The notes under the pieces are model-generated. The model was given only the letters and a program-made list of their open reading frames with translations. It was not told the origin of the DNA and did not search any database. The position numbers and the translations under genes were made by a program. Shown in pieces: positions 26,301 to 41,634 of a stretch of 64,000 nucleotides of DNA. The stretch is from Eledone cirrhosa (taxonomy: Eukaryota): contig OZ024743.1 of the NCBI GenBank assembly GCA_964016885.1, positions 307,768,001 to 307,832,000 of the forward strand, given 5' to 3'. Within the stretch, counting starts at the first letter, position 1. Each line of letters opens with the position of its first letter.

Positions 26301-27916
26301 AACTTAGTAATGAAATAGTTGAATTCCTCCACCTGCTGAGGTTAGCTCTTGCCTTTCATCCATACAAGGTTGATAAAATATAAACCCTTTCATAGCTTTT
26401 ATAATTTGCACTGGGGTTGATTTAATTGACTTTCCCCTCCCCTCAAATTGTTGGCCTTGTGTCTAAATCAGATGCCATTATGTTCAAAATTATTTGAAAT
26501 ATTTTGGCAGTGTTTTTTATTAGAAATACGGTAACAAAGGGTTTAATAGGTAATGAAAGAGTAATTGTGTAATGGAAGAATTTTATATGTAATGAAAGGG
26601 TTTAATATGAAATGGAAGGTTTATTTATTTATTCAATTTAAACATTCATATAGAGCTAGTAAGCCATGACAGACTAGGGGAAGTATCAAGTACTCCTTAC
26701 AGTTGGTAATCAAAAAGAGCTAGTGAGACAAATAATAACAAAGAAAAAATTAAAAACTAAAATAAAAGGGGGAAAATGAAATAACAAAAATAAAATTTCA
26801 AATATGGCCAATAGGAAGCAGATTATGGATTAAAAAAAAAAAAGGAAAAAAAAAGAAGAAACAAGAGAAGATGTAAAACAGCTAGTATTTTCTGTTGTTG
26901 AATCTTTTTGTAGCTTCCATGTACTCAAAAATTTTGTTTATATTTGGTAGACCTGTGATCAAATATTGAGCTTCCAATCTTGGTAGTTTTTTAAAGATTG
27001 GTTTCAACATAGCCTCTCTCTCAGACTCATAGTTTCTACATTGGAACAAATAGTTTCAAAGAGTTTCTGGAGAGTCACCACAAGAACATAGAGGTGATTT
27101 TCTATTACCTGTTTTTGATAGAATGTAGTTGAAAGGTATATATCCAGTTCGAAGCCAGCATAGTCTTTTTTTATTTGCATTACTCAATGATCAAAAAGTT
27201 TTAAATGTTGTCAAATCTGGTTGAGAAAGTGGGGGACTGAAATTTGTGAGCTTATCTCTGGATTCTTCCCAAAATGTTTCCCTCTAATTATTTGTTTGCT
27301 AAATGATTTTACCTGCGAAAGATTTGGGATGAAAGGGTTTCATATGTAATGAGAGGTTTAATATGTAATGAAAGGTTAATATGTAATGAGATGGTTAATA
27401 TGTTCTGTGTATTGGCTGGAGTAGATGGATGATCCTCTAATGTGCAGTGCGGGTATATAGTATTATGACAAAACATGAGCATGCACCTGTTCTTTTCCAA
27501 GCCGTGAGCTTGGGCAAAGTATTTTGCGGAAGACCAGTAGTTATGCTACTCTCTCCATGTATGCCAGTCACCCTATATTATACTACTACTGTTACCCCAT
27601 ACATCCTATACCACTAATGTTACCTGAGACAAAAGCAAAGTCTGATATAGCTTGATATCTGTTTCATCACAAATAATTATTTTCAATTGTGGGAGCAGGA
27701 GCTACATGAAATAAGTGTCTTGCTCAAGCAGACAATGTTTTATGGGGTCCAAGAATCAAACTCAGGACCTTAGGATTGTTAGCCAGCCCTACACACTAAC
27801 CACTAGGCCACACACCTTCACACAGTGGGGTGTATAGTAGTATATAGTTGTCTACTGTGTGTTGGATTGCTTTGAACAAAGATATTAACATTACAGGTGT
27901 GTGTGAATGTGTGTAT

Positions 27917-27972
<56 letters not shown>

Positions 27973-30900
27973 AGCAAGCGTGGAAGATGGACGTTAAACA
28001 ATCATGATGATATATTGTTATTGTTTATTTTCAAGGTGATATGTTTTGTTAGAAAACAGGTTCCTTGACTTCTATGTGACATTTATTACTTTCTTTATAC
28101 CTACTTAACTACAAGACAGCACAAACACACACACATACACACACTCTCATACATACACATGCTCACACACAGACACAGATAAATACTTTATACTTACTCA
28201 GCTATAAGTCACTACCACACACATATTCACACATTCACAGACAAATACTTTTGCATACACTCACATATACCCACTCACACTAAGATACACATGTCTGGTA
28301 AACTTTCACCACACTCTCTCCCCTTCTCTCACTCTCCTATTCTCATGCACTAACACATTGTCTCTCTTTCCTCTCTACCCCCTCTCTCCCTCTTCATGCC
28401 TCCCTCCATGACCCCTCTCTCTCTAATTATGTCTTTCCTCTCATTAACCCTTTCATTATCATATTTCTAATGATGGTCATTATCTATGATTTTCATGTAA
28501 TTTACCATATAATCAAGTATTTGGATGAATATATTATATAAGTAATTTTCTTGTTATCAACCCTTTCATGGCTGAATTTCAATTAATGAAGAATTTTGAG
28601 GAATTTACTATTATTATCAATTATTTCATTACTAAGATTGTAACTTAATGTAATGTTCTTATATAAAACTAGTGGCCTCCTGGCCTTCACCCTGGTCTGT
28701 ACTGTGCTCAAATCTCTTTATAAGGCACCTCTTGGCATCTATCATAATGCCAATTTTCCTTGAAATAAAAGTTCAAAGGTATTTAAATATTGCATAACAA
28801 AATTTATTTAGAATATCTAAATACAGAAAGTAATAAAGAAAATAATAGAAAAATATATTCTACAAAAATTATAAAATATTTACAGAACTACAGTATATAC
28901 AATGTTTCTAACCTTTTTCTTTCAAACATATCTGTAGAGTTTGTGGGGTCTTCTTAGTCTGGAATAACCTACAAATAATTGGCCATGTGAGAAACAGCCT
29001 CTGCAGGGTTTACCTTGGAACTTGTTAATGGTCATTGCATAACTGACTCTCACTGAAAATTGCAATCATTTAAAACAAAAATGTACATCTGTTGGTATTA
29101 GCAGTATTCTAGGTATAAATATGCTGTCTTCTTTACTACATCCAGTGAAGATTTTGACTTCGATAATGCGAGGCTATAGCTCAGTCACAATGATACACAT
29201 CCCATTGCACAATCATGGCTGATCCAGGTTTCTGAGAAGCATGATGACTGTGCCCTTCTTCAATTCAATGTTGTGTGGCTGAGAAATTGTGATGTTTTGG
29301 GGGGCACAGATTGCTCTTTCACACTGCCACTCCTCATTGGAATGGTTTTGAAATCAGGAACACTTGATTAATTAAGTTTACAATACTTTTCACAACAGTA
29401 GAAAATGATAAAGGATCAAAACATCCTTCAGTATCAAGAGATTGCTTTTTTATAAATTGAAACAGCTGAGAAGTCCTTATCTGTAACTCTGAGGGTTGCC
29501 CTCACTTCCTGCCTCCATTTTCTGAAAAAGGAGTCGTTGCTAAGTGAGTTGGATGTCAGATTGGTCAAAAACAAATGAAAAAACTTAGAAAAGAAAAAAA
29601 ATTCCCACAGAAGAAATCTTTGATACTTGGAAAATTGGAGGGTAAATCCCTTTCCCCCTTCTCTACTGCTGATATATTGGCTGTGTTAGAAGTTGGACAC
29701 CTTGTCAGACATATTTCATTTTTGTAGCACAAACATGGCAGCATCAGAACCATTGTTGACATATTTGCACACGTACTTTAAGGTTCCTCCCTCAACTCCC
29801 ATTGCATTTTTGGTAAAAAAGAAAAAGGCAAGTGCGAGCATGTTGGAGGTCACACTAGTTGAAAACACACCTTGGAAAAAAACTTTCTTCATGATCCCCA
29901 GCAGGTGCTTTTCTATAAATTTAAAAGGCTGAGAGGTTCTTATCTGAAACTCCAAGGGATCCCCTCCCTCTCTGACTTCGTTTTCGGAAAAAGGAGTTGT
30001 TGGTGAGTGAGTCAGAATAATAACAACAACAACAACCTGTCATTATAGTGGAAGTGTTTTTTTAAAGTCTATGTTTCATTGTTGGACATACAGACACACA
30101 CATATACAAATATATGCACACACATTGTTTTAGTTAGTTAGTGAGAGGGGGAGGTGGAGTGAGAGAGAGCTGGAGTAGTATTTCTTTCACAATATATAGA
30201 TAACATGATGGACAAACATACAGTATCTGGGTGTTAGAGAGAACAGTAAATTCTCCTCCAATTCCCCCCCCCCATTCCATTTTCAGAAAATAAGTCAACA
30301 GTGAGTTTGATAGAGGTCAAATTAGTTGAAAACACATGAAAAACCTCTAATTATTATCAATTTTATTTAGTATTATTAGCAGTCAGCGTACAAATAAACT
30401 TCCATTTTATAAGGATACAGATAGTTGAAATATTTTAATTTAAATTGGAAACGTTTAAAATGAGTGATTTTTACATCAAAGAATCAGAGACGGTTTTGGG
30501 TGGGCTGGTAACAAAAGGGTTAAGCTGTTGTTTACATCATAACTGAATAAAGTTTCTTACATAAATTATGATGGAATATTTATATCTAAATCCTCCTCAT
30601 CATCGTTAAATGTCCATTTTCCATTCTGGCATGGATTAAACAAGTTGTCCCGTTATGATACAAACCAAGTCAGGTGACCATGTCTTGTTCATGCAGAACT
30701 GATTTTGACTTGGTTTCTATGGCTGGATACCCATCCTAATGCCAACCATATTTACAGTTTGGGCTGGGCACTTGTCATGTTACCAACACGACCACTTTAC
30801 AGTGTGGGCTGGATGCTTTTTATCATGACTCCTACACAACCACTTTATAGTGAGGACTGGGCGCTTTTTGTCGTGGTACCAAAATGACCACTTTACAGTG

Positions 30901-33900
30901 CGGACTGGGGGGGGGGGGCATCCAAGGGGTGGTTTTAGGTAGTTTGTTATCAAAAGAGCTTTATAATAAATAGGTTTGTATCATAGAACCAGGGGTGGCT
31001 TCATGGGTTTTTTTAATCAAAAGGGTTTCATAATAAACAGGTTTGTGTCAGAGAACCAGAGATCGTTTTAGGGGTTTTATCAAAAGGGTTTCATAATAAA
31101 CAGGTTTGTGCCATAGAACCAGGGATGGTTTTAGGGGGTTTATCAAAAGGGTTTTATAATAAACGGGTTTGTGTCATAGAGCCAGGGATGGTTTCAGGTA
31201 GTTTGGTATCAAAAGGGTTTACTTCTCTCTCATTTCTCATTTTCATATTTTCTGGGGTTTTTTTCTCTCTTTTTTTATTGCTCATTTCTACTCTCTCTCT
31301 CTCTTTATCTATCCCTCTTTTTATCAAACTTTCTGCCATATGTATATATACATTTAGGTATATGTGTTTTGGATGTATGTGTATGTACATTTGTGTTTAT
31401 GTGTATGTACATTTGTATATATATACGTATGTTACTATCTTAGTAATGAAATAATAATTTTAGTAAATCCCTCAAAATTTTTAATTAATTAATTGAAATA
31501 AAGTGTATTTCATTAGAAGTTCAGTCATAAAAAGGTTAAAGGGATTTAGTCAATCAGGTGAGATATACCATCTAGACTGGGGTGTAGTCTGTTGCCCTCT
31601 GCCTTCCTTACTTTTGATATCTAATTCTTTTTCTCTCTTCTCATTCCTTGTGTTTTTTCCTTCTGTTTGTGTTAATTATGGTATATTCATCTTGAATAAA
31701 GATGCTGAAAAAATAAAATAAATATGTTTAGCAGTTTTCTCTTTCATCTAGAATACCTTACCTTGAATACTTTCACATTTTTAAAGGAGTGGTCATATAA
31801 ATTTAGAATATATTTAACAAGTTTCACTGCACAACTGGCTTAGTTGCCTTTGTTAGCACTGTTCACTTTCTTCCTTCAGCTCAATGTTAAGTGTTTCTTA
31901 GCCAAGAGTGTCTATAGCCAGTCAACCATGAAGAGATAACTAACTAGTGAGTCAAAAACACACACACACACCACACACACCACACCACACCACACCACAC
32001 ACAGACACAGAGACAGACAGACAGACAGAGGCAGCATTAATAAAAATACAAAACAATAAAGAAAATAGTAAGTGTAGTTGCTATATATTTTACTCCTTAC
32101 ACATGTGTGAATTAGAATAAGGTGGCCACTGAAATATTTGAAGAGCTTTCACCATATTTTGACTATAGAAAATCAGGGCATATCCATAATGAAAAAAAAG
32201 CTTCTAATTCTATTTTCAAAACATTTTACTCTGGGTTTTTTTTTTCTGATATAAGTAGTAGTGGTAGTGGGTAGGGTGAGGGTAGTAGTAGGAGGAGCAG
32301 CAGGAGAAGAAAGCTTTAAAATGTTTGCATTTTCTACACTTTTTAGAGCCTTTTATGTCAATTTTATTTTCAATCAAGTATGGGTTGGATGGGACTTTTT
32401 GAGGCAATATTCTATGACCAGATGCCCTTCTTAATACTAAACCATATTTTTTTTTTAGTAAGGTACTGATCTGTTGAGCCATGGGATCTTTTTTTATGGG
32501 AAGTAATGCTAACAAACACAGTCACATGTACATATACTCATACACACAAACACACACACACATACCCACACAACATACATAAATAAATATAAAGTTATAG
32601 TGATGTGGATGACATATGCATACATAATATGAAAGAGTATTTGTGTATTGTTCCAGTCAAAACTCCAATAAAATGCTAATACAGCAAACAAGACATAGTG
32701 ATATGGAACAGAGAAAAGAAGGCATGCACAGTAGATGTCAATATAATGCTAAAGATTAGCAAAAAGAACATTTATGTTTAACTAATAAGGAATTTGCTGA
32801 CTGTATCTTTAGATTTATACCTGTGATCATTGGAGCTCTGGGGTATGTTACTAACTGCCTCAGTACAAGTCTTGAGACGCTGAGCTTCACAGAACCTGAA
32901 AGAGCATGGCTAATTAGGAAGTTGCAAGTATGGTCCATTAATGGAATTAGCAGAAAAACCACCCTCTGGGTGGTTTTCTGCTAGTATGTAGTGTGCATAT
33001 TGATATTATATGCAATATAAATGTTATGATATAACAATGCAATTATATGAACGTTTATATAAGCATTATAATATAGCGTCCATTATATCATAAAGGGCGG
33101 TGGATTGGCAGTATCGGTAGAGGGTCGGACGCCATGCTTTCCAGCATAGTTACGTCCCTTTACGATCTGAGTTCAAATCCCGCCGAGGTTGACTTTGCCT
33201 TTCATCCTTACGGGGTCGATAAAATAAAGTACCAGTAATGTACTGGGTAATTGCTGGCCTTGTGCCTAAAGTAGAAACAATTATATCATAACTGCAAGTA
33301 TTGACATTTGAAAATTTTAAAAGAAGTGAATCTTAAAATAAGCAATCATTATATATAAGAATATTTATGTTTAATCAACAGCTACGAAATTTAGTATATA
33401 AATTGTGTAATATTCATTCATTACTTGCGGTGGATTGGCAGTATTGGTAGAGGGTCGGACGCCATGCTTTGATGCATAGAGTTACGGCCCTTGCCATTCT
33501 GAGTTCAAATCCCGCCGATGTTAACTTTGCCTTTCATCCTATGGGGTCGATAAAAATAAAGTACCAGTAATGTACTGGGTAATTGCTGGCCTTGTGCCAA
33601 TAGTAAATACAATTATTTATTCAAAGTAATCAGACTTATTTTACTAACGGATAAAAATATATATTCAGGACACAGTCCCACACTCCTTACTTTATTATAT
33701 TATGATTGGAAAAATATGTAAAACATTTCAGAAATTCAGCATGTAATAACTGTTTATAGACATGTATAGGTACAGAAACATATGCACATGTACACATATA
33801 ACTCAAGATATGCAGATCCACACATGCAATAACACCCATACCTGTACACACACAAGCACATACATATATACTTAGTTGATGTTGTCTAAATTCCAATGAA

Positions 33901-36900
33901 AGAGTCTTGTTTCTTAGTTAGAAACCGGCTCTCACCCTGTTGGTGGAAATTTATAAAATAATAAAAGGCCGATAAGTCTGTGCTGTTGACATGTAAAAAA
34001 AAGTCCCACCCACCCTGTAAGGTGGTCATACTGGTGACACAATAAAAAACATCCAGTCCACTTTGTAAGGTGGTTGTTTAGGTGCTACAATAAAAAGAAC
34101 CCAGTCTACACTGTAATGTGGTTATTAGGAAGTGCATTCAGCTATATAAACCAAATCAAAATACAAATCCATATGAGCAAGACATGGTCTCTGGATTTGA
34201 CATGTCTCATAACATGACAATCCGTCTAATCCATACAAATGTGGAAAATAGATGTTAAGCAGTGATGATGATGATAAACAGTACTTCTCATGGTGTGATG
34301 GTTTGACTAATGTCAGCAGAATATACCATCTACCCTTATGGTTTGATTAAAGGGTTTGGTTTGCAATCTCAAGAACATTACTAAATACAATAGTTACTTA
34401 AAGAAGGTCAGTCGGTACAACAGCCAAAATGTTGTAATTATAACAAACAACAAATACAACCACCATGCACTTTGGATGGCTTAGCAGAATCATCTTTGTT
34501 GCAAGCATTTGGGCCAGGTGTGTGATTTGAGGACCTCTTCCTACTCCCCACTTATTACATGCATAGGTCCGGAAAAAGACCATGATCCCTGACTTACCCT
34601 CCCTGACTAACCACACAGCATGCGGAGAATGCATGGGAAGAAGAGACCCTACCCCAAGTAGACCCTATAGAGGGGCCAGCAGTACAAGTCAGCAGCAGCG
34701 TAGTAAGTAAGGCAATCAAAGATATGAAGATGTGGAAGGCAACCGGTCCATCGGGTATAGCTGCCGAGATGCTGAAGGCATCTGGGTCTGTAGGTTACAC
34801 TATAACCACATGTATTGTTAACCAGGTAATACTAGAAGGTGTCATACCAAAAGATTGGTGCAGTAACATCATTGTCAACTGCTACAAAGGTAAAGGAGAT
34901 GCACTAGATAGAGGAAACTATAGAGGTATAAAGCTGATGGACCAGGTCATGAAAGAAACAGAAAGAGTTATAGCACAGTTGATTAGGGACCGGGTGAAAA
35001 TAGATGAGATGCAATTTGGGTTTGTACCAGGAAGAGGCACCACTGATGCCCTCTTCCTTGTGAGGCAGTTACAGGAAAAGTACCTAGCTAAAAGTAAGCC
35101 ACTCTACCTGGCATTCGTCGATCTCGAGAAAGCCTTTGACAGAGTTCCACGTGCTGTAATCTGGTGGGCTCTTAGAAAACTAGGAGTAGATGAATGGCTT
35201 GTGAAAGCTGTACAAGCCATTATAGGGGAGCAGTCAGCAAAGTTAGGATTAGCAATGAGTATAGCGAGGAATTTAGCGTACAGGTTGGTGTCCACCAGGG
35301 CTCTGTTCTTAGCCGTCTCCTGTTCATCATAGTCCTGCAGGCAATAACGGAGGAGTTTAAGACCAGATGCCCATGGGAACTCCTGTATGCTGATGACCTC
35401 GCACTTATAGCTGAATCTATGGTAGAACTAGAGAAGAAATTCCAAATTTGGAAGCAGGGATTAGAAAGAAAGGGTCTCAAAGTCAACATGACAAAGACTA
35501 AGGTCCTTGTAAGTAGACGAGAAAACAGAACCCAGATCCCCTCAGGGAAATGGCCTTGCTCAGTATGTAGGAAAGGTGTAGGTAGGAACTCCATTCTCTG
35601 CCCCAAATGCAAACAATGGGTACACAAGAGATGTAGCGGGATCTCAGGAAGCTTAATTAAGAATGTAGGCTCCACATGCAGCAGCTGTGCTGGGACAGCA
35701 AACAGCCACAGGAAACAAGTACCACCAATCTCTGGGAGGGCTCTGTAGAAACAGTAGACAGCGGAGGTGGGTGTTAAGAAAGTACAATAACTAGGGTAAG
35801 AACGGGATGGAAGAAGTTCAGGGAACTACTGCCACTGCTAGCTGCAAAAGCCTTCTCCCTCAAAATGAAAGGCAGACTGTATGATGCGTGTATCCGAACA
35901 GCAATGTTACATGGTAGTGAGGCATGGGTGCTGTCTGTGGAAGACTTATGTAGATTAGAAAGAATCGAAGCCTGCATGCTCCGATGGATGTGTAATAGTA
36001 ATATACGCGAACGACAAAGCATAAATGAATTGAGAGAGAGACTGAGAATAAGAGGAATCAAATGTTGTGTGCAGGAGAGGGGGTTGCGTTGGTATGGACA
36101 TGTGATGCGTATGAAGGATGACAGCTGCATAAAAAGGTGCAGAGCACTAGAAGTCAATGGAGACCGCGGAGTGGGGAGACCCAAGAAGACCTGGGATAAG
36201 GTGATAAAAGCCGACCTTACCCAATTACACCTCTCAAAGGCGATGACACACGACCGTGACCTCTAGCGTCACGCAGTAATACAGAGTACCTAACCTCCCA
36301 TGGGTACAAGCTGAAGCATATAGACAATATGCCCCCACACCCTCCCACTGCAAGGTGGTCGTGGAGGTGCCATGGCAAAAAAGCACCCAGCACTCACTGT
36401 AAATGAGGTTAGTGTTAGGAAGGGCATCCAGCTGTAGAAATCAAGCCAAAATCAGTTCCTGTATGAGCAAGGCATGGTCAGCCGACCAGACACTGCCCAC
36501 AACAGGACAACCCGTCTAACCCATGCTAGCATGGAAGAACGGACGTAAAATGGTGATGATGATGCACGAGAATCTATGAGAGCTGTCGATCCCAGAGTCG
36601 GACCCGATCACACCTTGAGCTGATCAATCATGAGCTGATCAATCATGAAACGTGTGTCGCGTGAATAAAAATATTGATGTTATATTGATACTCTGCGTCT
36701 TAAGGATACTACTAATGTTGAAGTACCAAACATAGAATCCCCCATTGGTAGCAAGACCCACCTTTTAGCATTGAGTACTCAAACTGGTGAACCATCAATA
36801 ATGCAGCATTACACACCAATACAATATATATATCCACACACACAAACATATATATCATCATTATCATAATGGCCATTTTCCCTGCTAGCAAGGTTTATAT

Positions 36901-37388
36901 ATATATATATAGCCCTTGTTTACAAGCATGGAAAGATGAACATGTTCTCCCACAAAGCTACCGAAATGGCTAAAGGGTGGTCATGCTGATGACACAACAA
37001 AAGCTCTGAATCCATACTGTAAAGTGCTCATGTCGATGACATACCAACAGAGCACCTAGTGCTTCCTGTAAGGTAACATGACAAAACAGCTGTTAGACCT
37101 CACAACAAAAAGCACCCAGTCCACATTGTAAATGTGTTTGTCATTAGAAAGGATATCCAGCCATAGAAGCCAAGCCAGAAACAGTTTTGTATAAGCAAGA
37201 CAGTCATTTGGTCTGACTTGTCCCACAACAGGACAACTGCTAGCATGGAACAATGGGTGTTAAACAGTGATGGTATATATATATATATATACACACACAT
37301 ACAGTGATGATATTTATATAAAGTAAATGAGATGTCAACAAGCAATGCCAAAAAAATAAAACCTAGAAAAAAATGTTCTAATACTCTT

Positions 37389-37451
<63 letters not shown>

Positions 37452-40400
37452 ATATGTAAATTTAGTCAACAGTAACCTATGATGTATGTAATTAATAAAT
37501 AATATATCTTCGTTGGCTTATAATGCTCTCTCTCTTCACTTGGTGATTATTGTTGCAGATTCCCCATTCCTGATTTACGCAGTGAACCACAAGTGGTTCG
37601 TTTACCTTGGTGGAAACGGAATTTACGCCAAGAGGTACTTGTATTGAAGCTAAATGGTGCATCATTCCACACTATCTTAAATTCAAATGACAATAGGAAA
37701 ATATACGAATTGAAATGTCATTCTTTGAATGGTAAGTATTGTTAATGTCACCTCAATTGTTTTTAAGTAATGTCATCTCAATAATTTATTTTCTACCAAT
37801 CACAATGTTGTGGGGGAACAAACCCTGAATACCCCCACCTAACTAAAAGTAGACTAGGCGAAACTCTATAAATAACTGAAGTAAACTGTCATGAGAACTG
37901 TATGTATGGAGTCTCATTGTAGTCTCTCGTTGGTAGTTTGGAATTACGCCTGGTGAATACCTTGGCTGTTACCCCCGTTTCATACAGATATACTAAACAG
38001 GTGTGTCCCACACCATCATAATAGTGGCGACGATTTATTTGAAGCTTACGCTGGACTGATTTTTTTTTTGGTAAGAAAAAAAAAATCTTGATATGGAAGA
38101 TTTACTAGCCCAAGTGGTACAGTTGCAACAACAACAATAGTTAATAGAACTAATACTGAAGAAAACAGGAAATACATGAAGTTTGTTCGCCCCGGACTAT
38201 GGCGAACTCAATTCGCATATAACTCAGATGAGGGCATTACCTTCTCCGCTTACTTTAGAAGACATAAGGAAATCTTCAAAGAAGAATGCAGCGACTGGGA
38301 AAACGAGAAAAAAAAAAACAGGATTTTTGTTGAGAAAGTTGGCACCAGTCGAACATGAAAAATACTGCAACTATATACGACCGAAGAAACCAGGTGGGAT
38401 CTGTTTTGAGGAAACAATAAATATCCTGTCAAAAATTTTTAGCGAGAAAAGTTCTTTATTTAACAACCGTTGGCAGTGTATGAATCTGGCGAAAAAAGAG
38501 AACGGAGATTTTGTTACATATGCTGGGATCATTAACAATGAATACGAAAGATTTAAACTTAACAAACTAACCCCAGACGTGTTTAAATGCTTAATTTTCT
38601 TTCAAGGGTTAACTGCAAAGAAAGATGCGGAAATTTATACCAGAATTCTGACAAAATTAGAGCAGAATCAGAATTTAACATTACAAGAAATATCTGAGGA
38701 ATGCCAGAGAATTATAAATCTGAAACACAATAAAGAAAGAATCGAAGAGGGAGACTGCTCTCATATACAGTCGGTGCGACCAAAAGTAAAAAACGGAAAG
38801 CAAAAAATTAATCCATGTTTCGGATGTGGAGGTTTACACTTCAGATATGATTGTCCTTTTAAAAGCTGAAAGTGCTTTGAGTGTGGGAGAATAAGGACAT
38901 AAAAAAGGTTCATCAGGAAAAATTATGTAAACAGGTTAGCGGTGAAAAAATAAATTAATGAGACTCAAAGGAAATTTGTGTATGTAAAAATTAACAACGG
39001 GTATGTGAAATTGCAGTTAGATACAGGTAGTGACATTACAATAATCAATGAAGATACTTGGAAAGCAACCAGGAAATTACATTAAATAAAACCTTTTACG
39101 AGGCGTTTCGGAGAAGAAATTATTTTTTAAAGGCGAAATAGTAACTAACTTTACATTTCGTGGCAAGACTGTAAAAGCTAAAGCTCATGTATTAAGAAAT
39201 ACAACAAACCTATTCGGTACTGACTGGATGAACTCTTCGACTTAGGGATTTACCCATAAATATTTTTGGTAAAAATGTAATTGTGTCATCTGCCAGTTCA
39301 AATAAAGAGTCAGAAAATTCAAAAAAGGAATTGAAAAGGTGATTCCCCGATCTTTTTTCGGATGAGTTAGGTCATTGTACTAAAACTAAAGCAAAATTTC
39401 AAGTGAAAGAAAATGTGATACCTGTATTTAAACCCAAATGTAATGTACCATTTGCAGCATTAGATCAAGTCAACAAAGAATTAGACAGGAAAAAATGGGG
39501 GTGATTGAAAAAATTTACCACGCAGAGTAATAAATAAAAAAATAAAATTCATGTGTGCATAGACTTTTTGACATGACTAAATGAATGCTTAAGACCACAC
39601 AACTACCCATTGCCAAGTCCAGAGGAAATTTTTGCGAAATTAAACAGGAAATTTTTCTCGAAATTATACTTTTCTAAAGCCTACCTACAAATACAAATTG
39701 ACAAATGTACAAAGTTATTGATAATAAATACGCATAAACGTTTGTACAAATTCAACCAACTTCCCTTTAGGATAAAAGTTGTTCCAACTATATTCCAAGA
39801 AGTTATGGATACAATGGTTGCAAATTGTGATTTCGTGATTGTATACTTTGTGATTTCGTGATTGCATACTTGGACGACATATTAATTAAAAGTTAATCTC
39901 ATGATCAGCATGTCGAGCATGTGAAATGTGCTTTTGAAAAGTTAAGAGAGTATGGGTTTAAACTCAGCAATAGAATAAAGTATCTAGGACAAATCGTTGA
40001 TAAAAATAGTTGTCAACCAGATCCATCAAGGGCAAGTGCAATTAAAAATATGACCCCGCCAACAAACATTACAAGTATTTTTAGGACTTTCGAACTATTA
40101 TCAGATATATATACCAAATATGCACTATGTAAGGGCTCCACTACTAAATAATTTGCTAAAAAAAAGACGTAAAATGGAATTGGACTAAGTACCAGAAGGT
40201 GTTTGAAGAAATTAAAAACATATTAACATCGGACCTATCATTAGCACATTATGACCCCAAAATAGAAATTGTATTGGCTTCAGATACTAGTGAGAACAGT
40301 ATTGGAGCCGTGATTCTGCACAATTACATTGATGGTAGCATGAAAGCCGTAGCTCATGCTTCATGTCCTTTACTACGAGCAGAAAAAAAATTACAGCCAA

Positions 40401-41600
40401 ATCGAAAAAGAGGTGTTAGCAATAATTTTTGCCGTGAAAAAATTTCATAAGTTCATTCATGGAAGTTTTCGTTTACCGACTGATCACAGTCCTTTGTTGT
40501 TGATTTACGGATCGAAGAAAGGAATTCCCACCCATACAGCAAATAGATTACAATGCTGGGGGCACCATTTTATTATATTATGATTCAATCACAATTCATT
40601 TTCTACCAATAACGAGTCATTTCCTATCAATCTCAATTTATTTTCAACTAACCACAATTTATTTTCTACCAATCACAATAATTTATTTTCTAATAATCGC
40701 AAATAATTTATTTTCTACCAATCACAATTTATTTTCTATCAATCACAATTTATGTTTATCCCTCACAATAATGCATTTTCTATCACTCTCAATTTATTTT
40801 TATCCCTCACAATAATTTATTTTCTACCAATCACAATTTATTTTCTACCAATCACAATTTATTTTCTACCAATCACAATATATTTTCTGCCAATCACAAA
40901 TCATTCTCTACTAATCACCTCAATATATTTTCTACCAATCCCAATTCATTTTCAACCAGTCTCAATTCATTTTCTACCAACCACAAGAATTTATTTTCTA
41001 CCAACCACAAGAATTTATTTTCTACCAATCACAAGAATTCATTTTCTACCGATCACAAGAATTTATTTTTTAATAATCACAATTTATTTTTTACTAATCA
41101 CAAGAATTTATTTTTTACTAATCACAAGAATTTATTTTTTACTAATCACAAGAATATATTTTCTACCAGTCTCAATAAGTCATTTTCTATCAACCACAAT
41201 AAATCATTTTCTACCAATCACAGTCATTTTCTATCAATCACAATAATCTATTTTCTACCAGTCACAATTTATTTTCTACTAACAACAATAATTTATTTTT
41301 TGCTTATTACAATAATTTATTTTCTACCAATCACAATAATCTATTACTAGGAAGTCTTGAAGAAACTCCAGATTCTGCTCCAATCCACTTTATTACAGTT
41401 GAACCTGAAGATGAATCTGCCCATAGTTATGGATTCAACTGGCCTCGGTATTTATTTTCCTTCTATTTGTGGACTTTTAATATTTAACTCTTAACAACCT
41501 GTACCATATGAAACCACATTAGCAAGACTTTATAGAATAAAATATAACAGTAATGTGACAGCATCTCATTAAACATTGTAGACAGAATGTAAAGTAGTAG

Positions 41601-41634
<34 letters not shown>

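Noticed and set aside
40752-41246. 164-aa ITIYFLP-repeat ORF
   Set aside because: Read-through of an intronic minisatellite.
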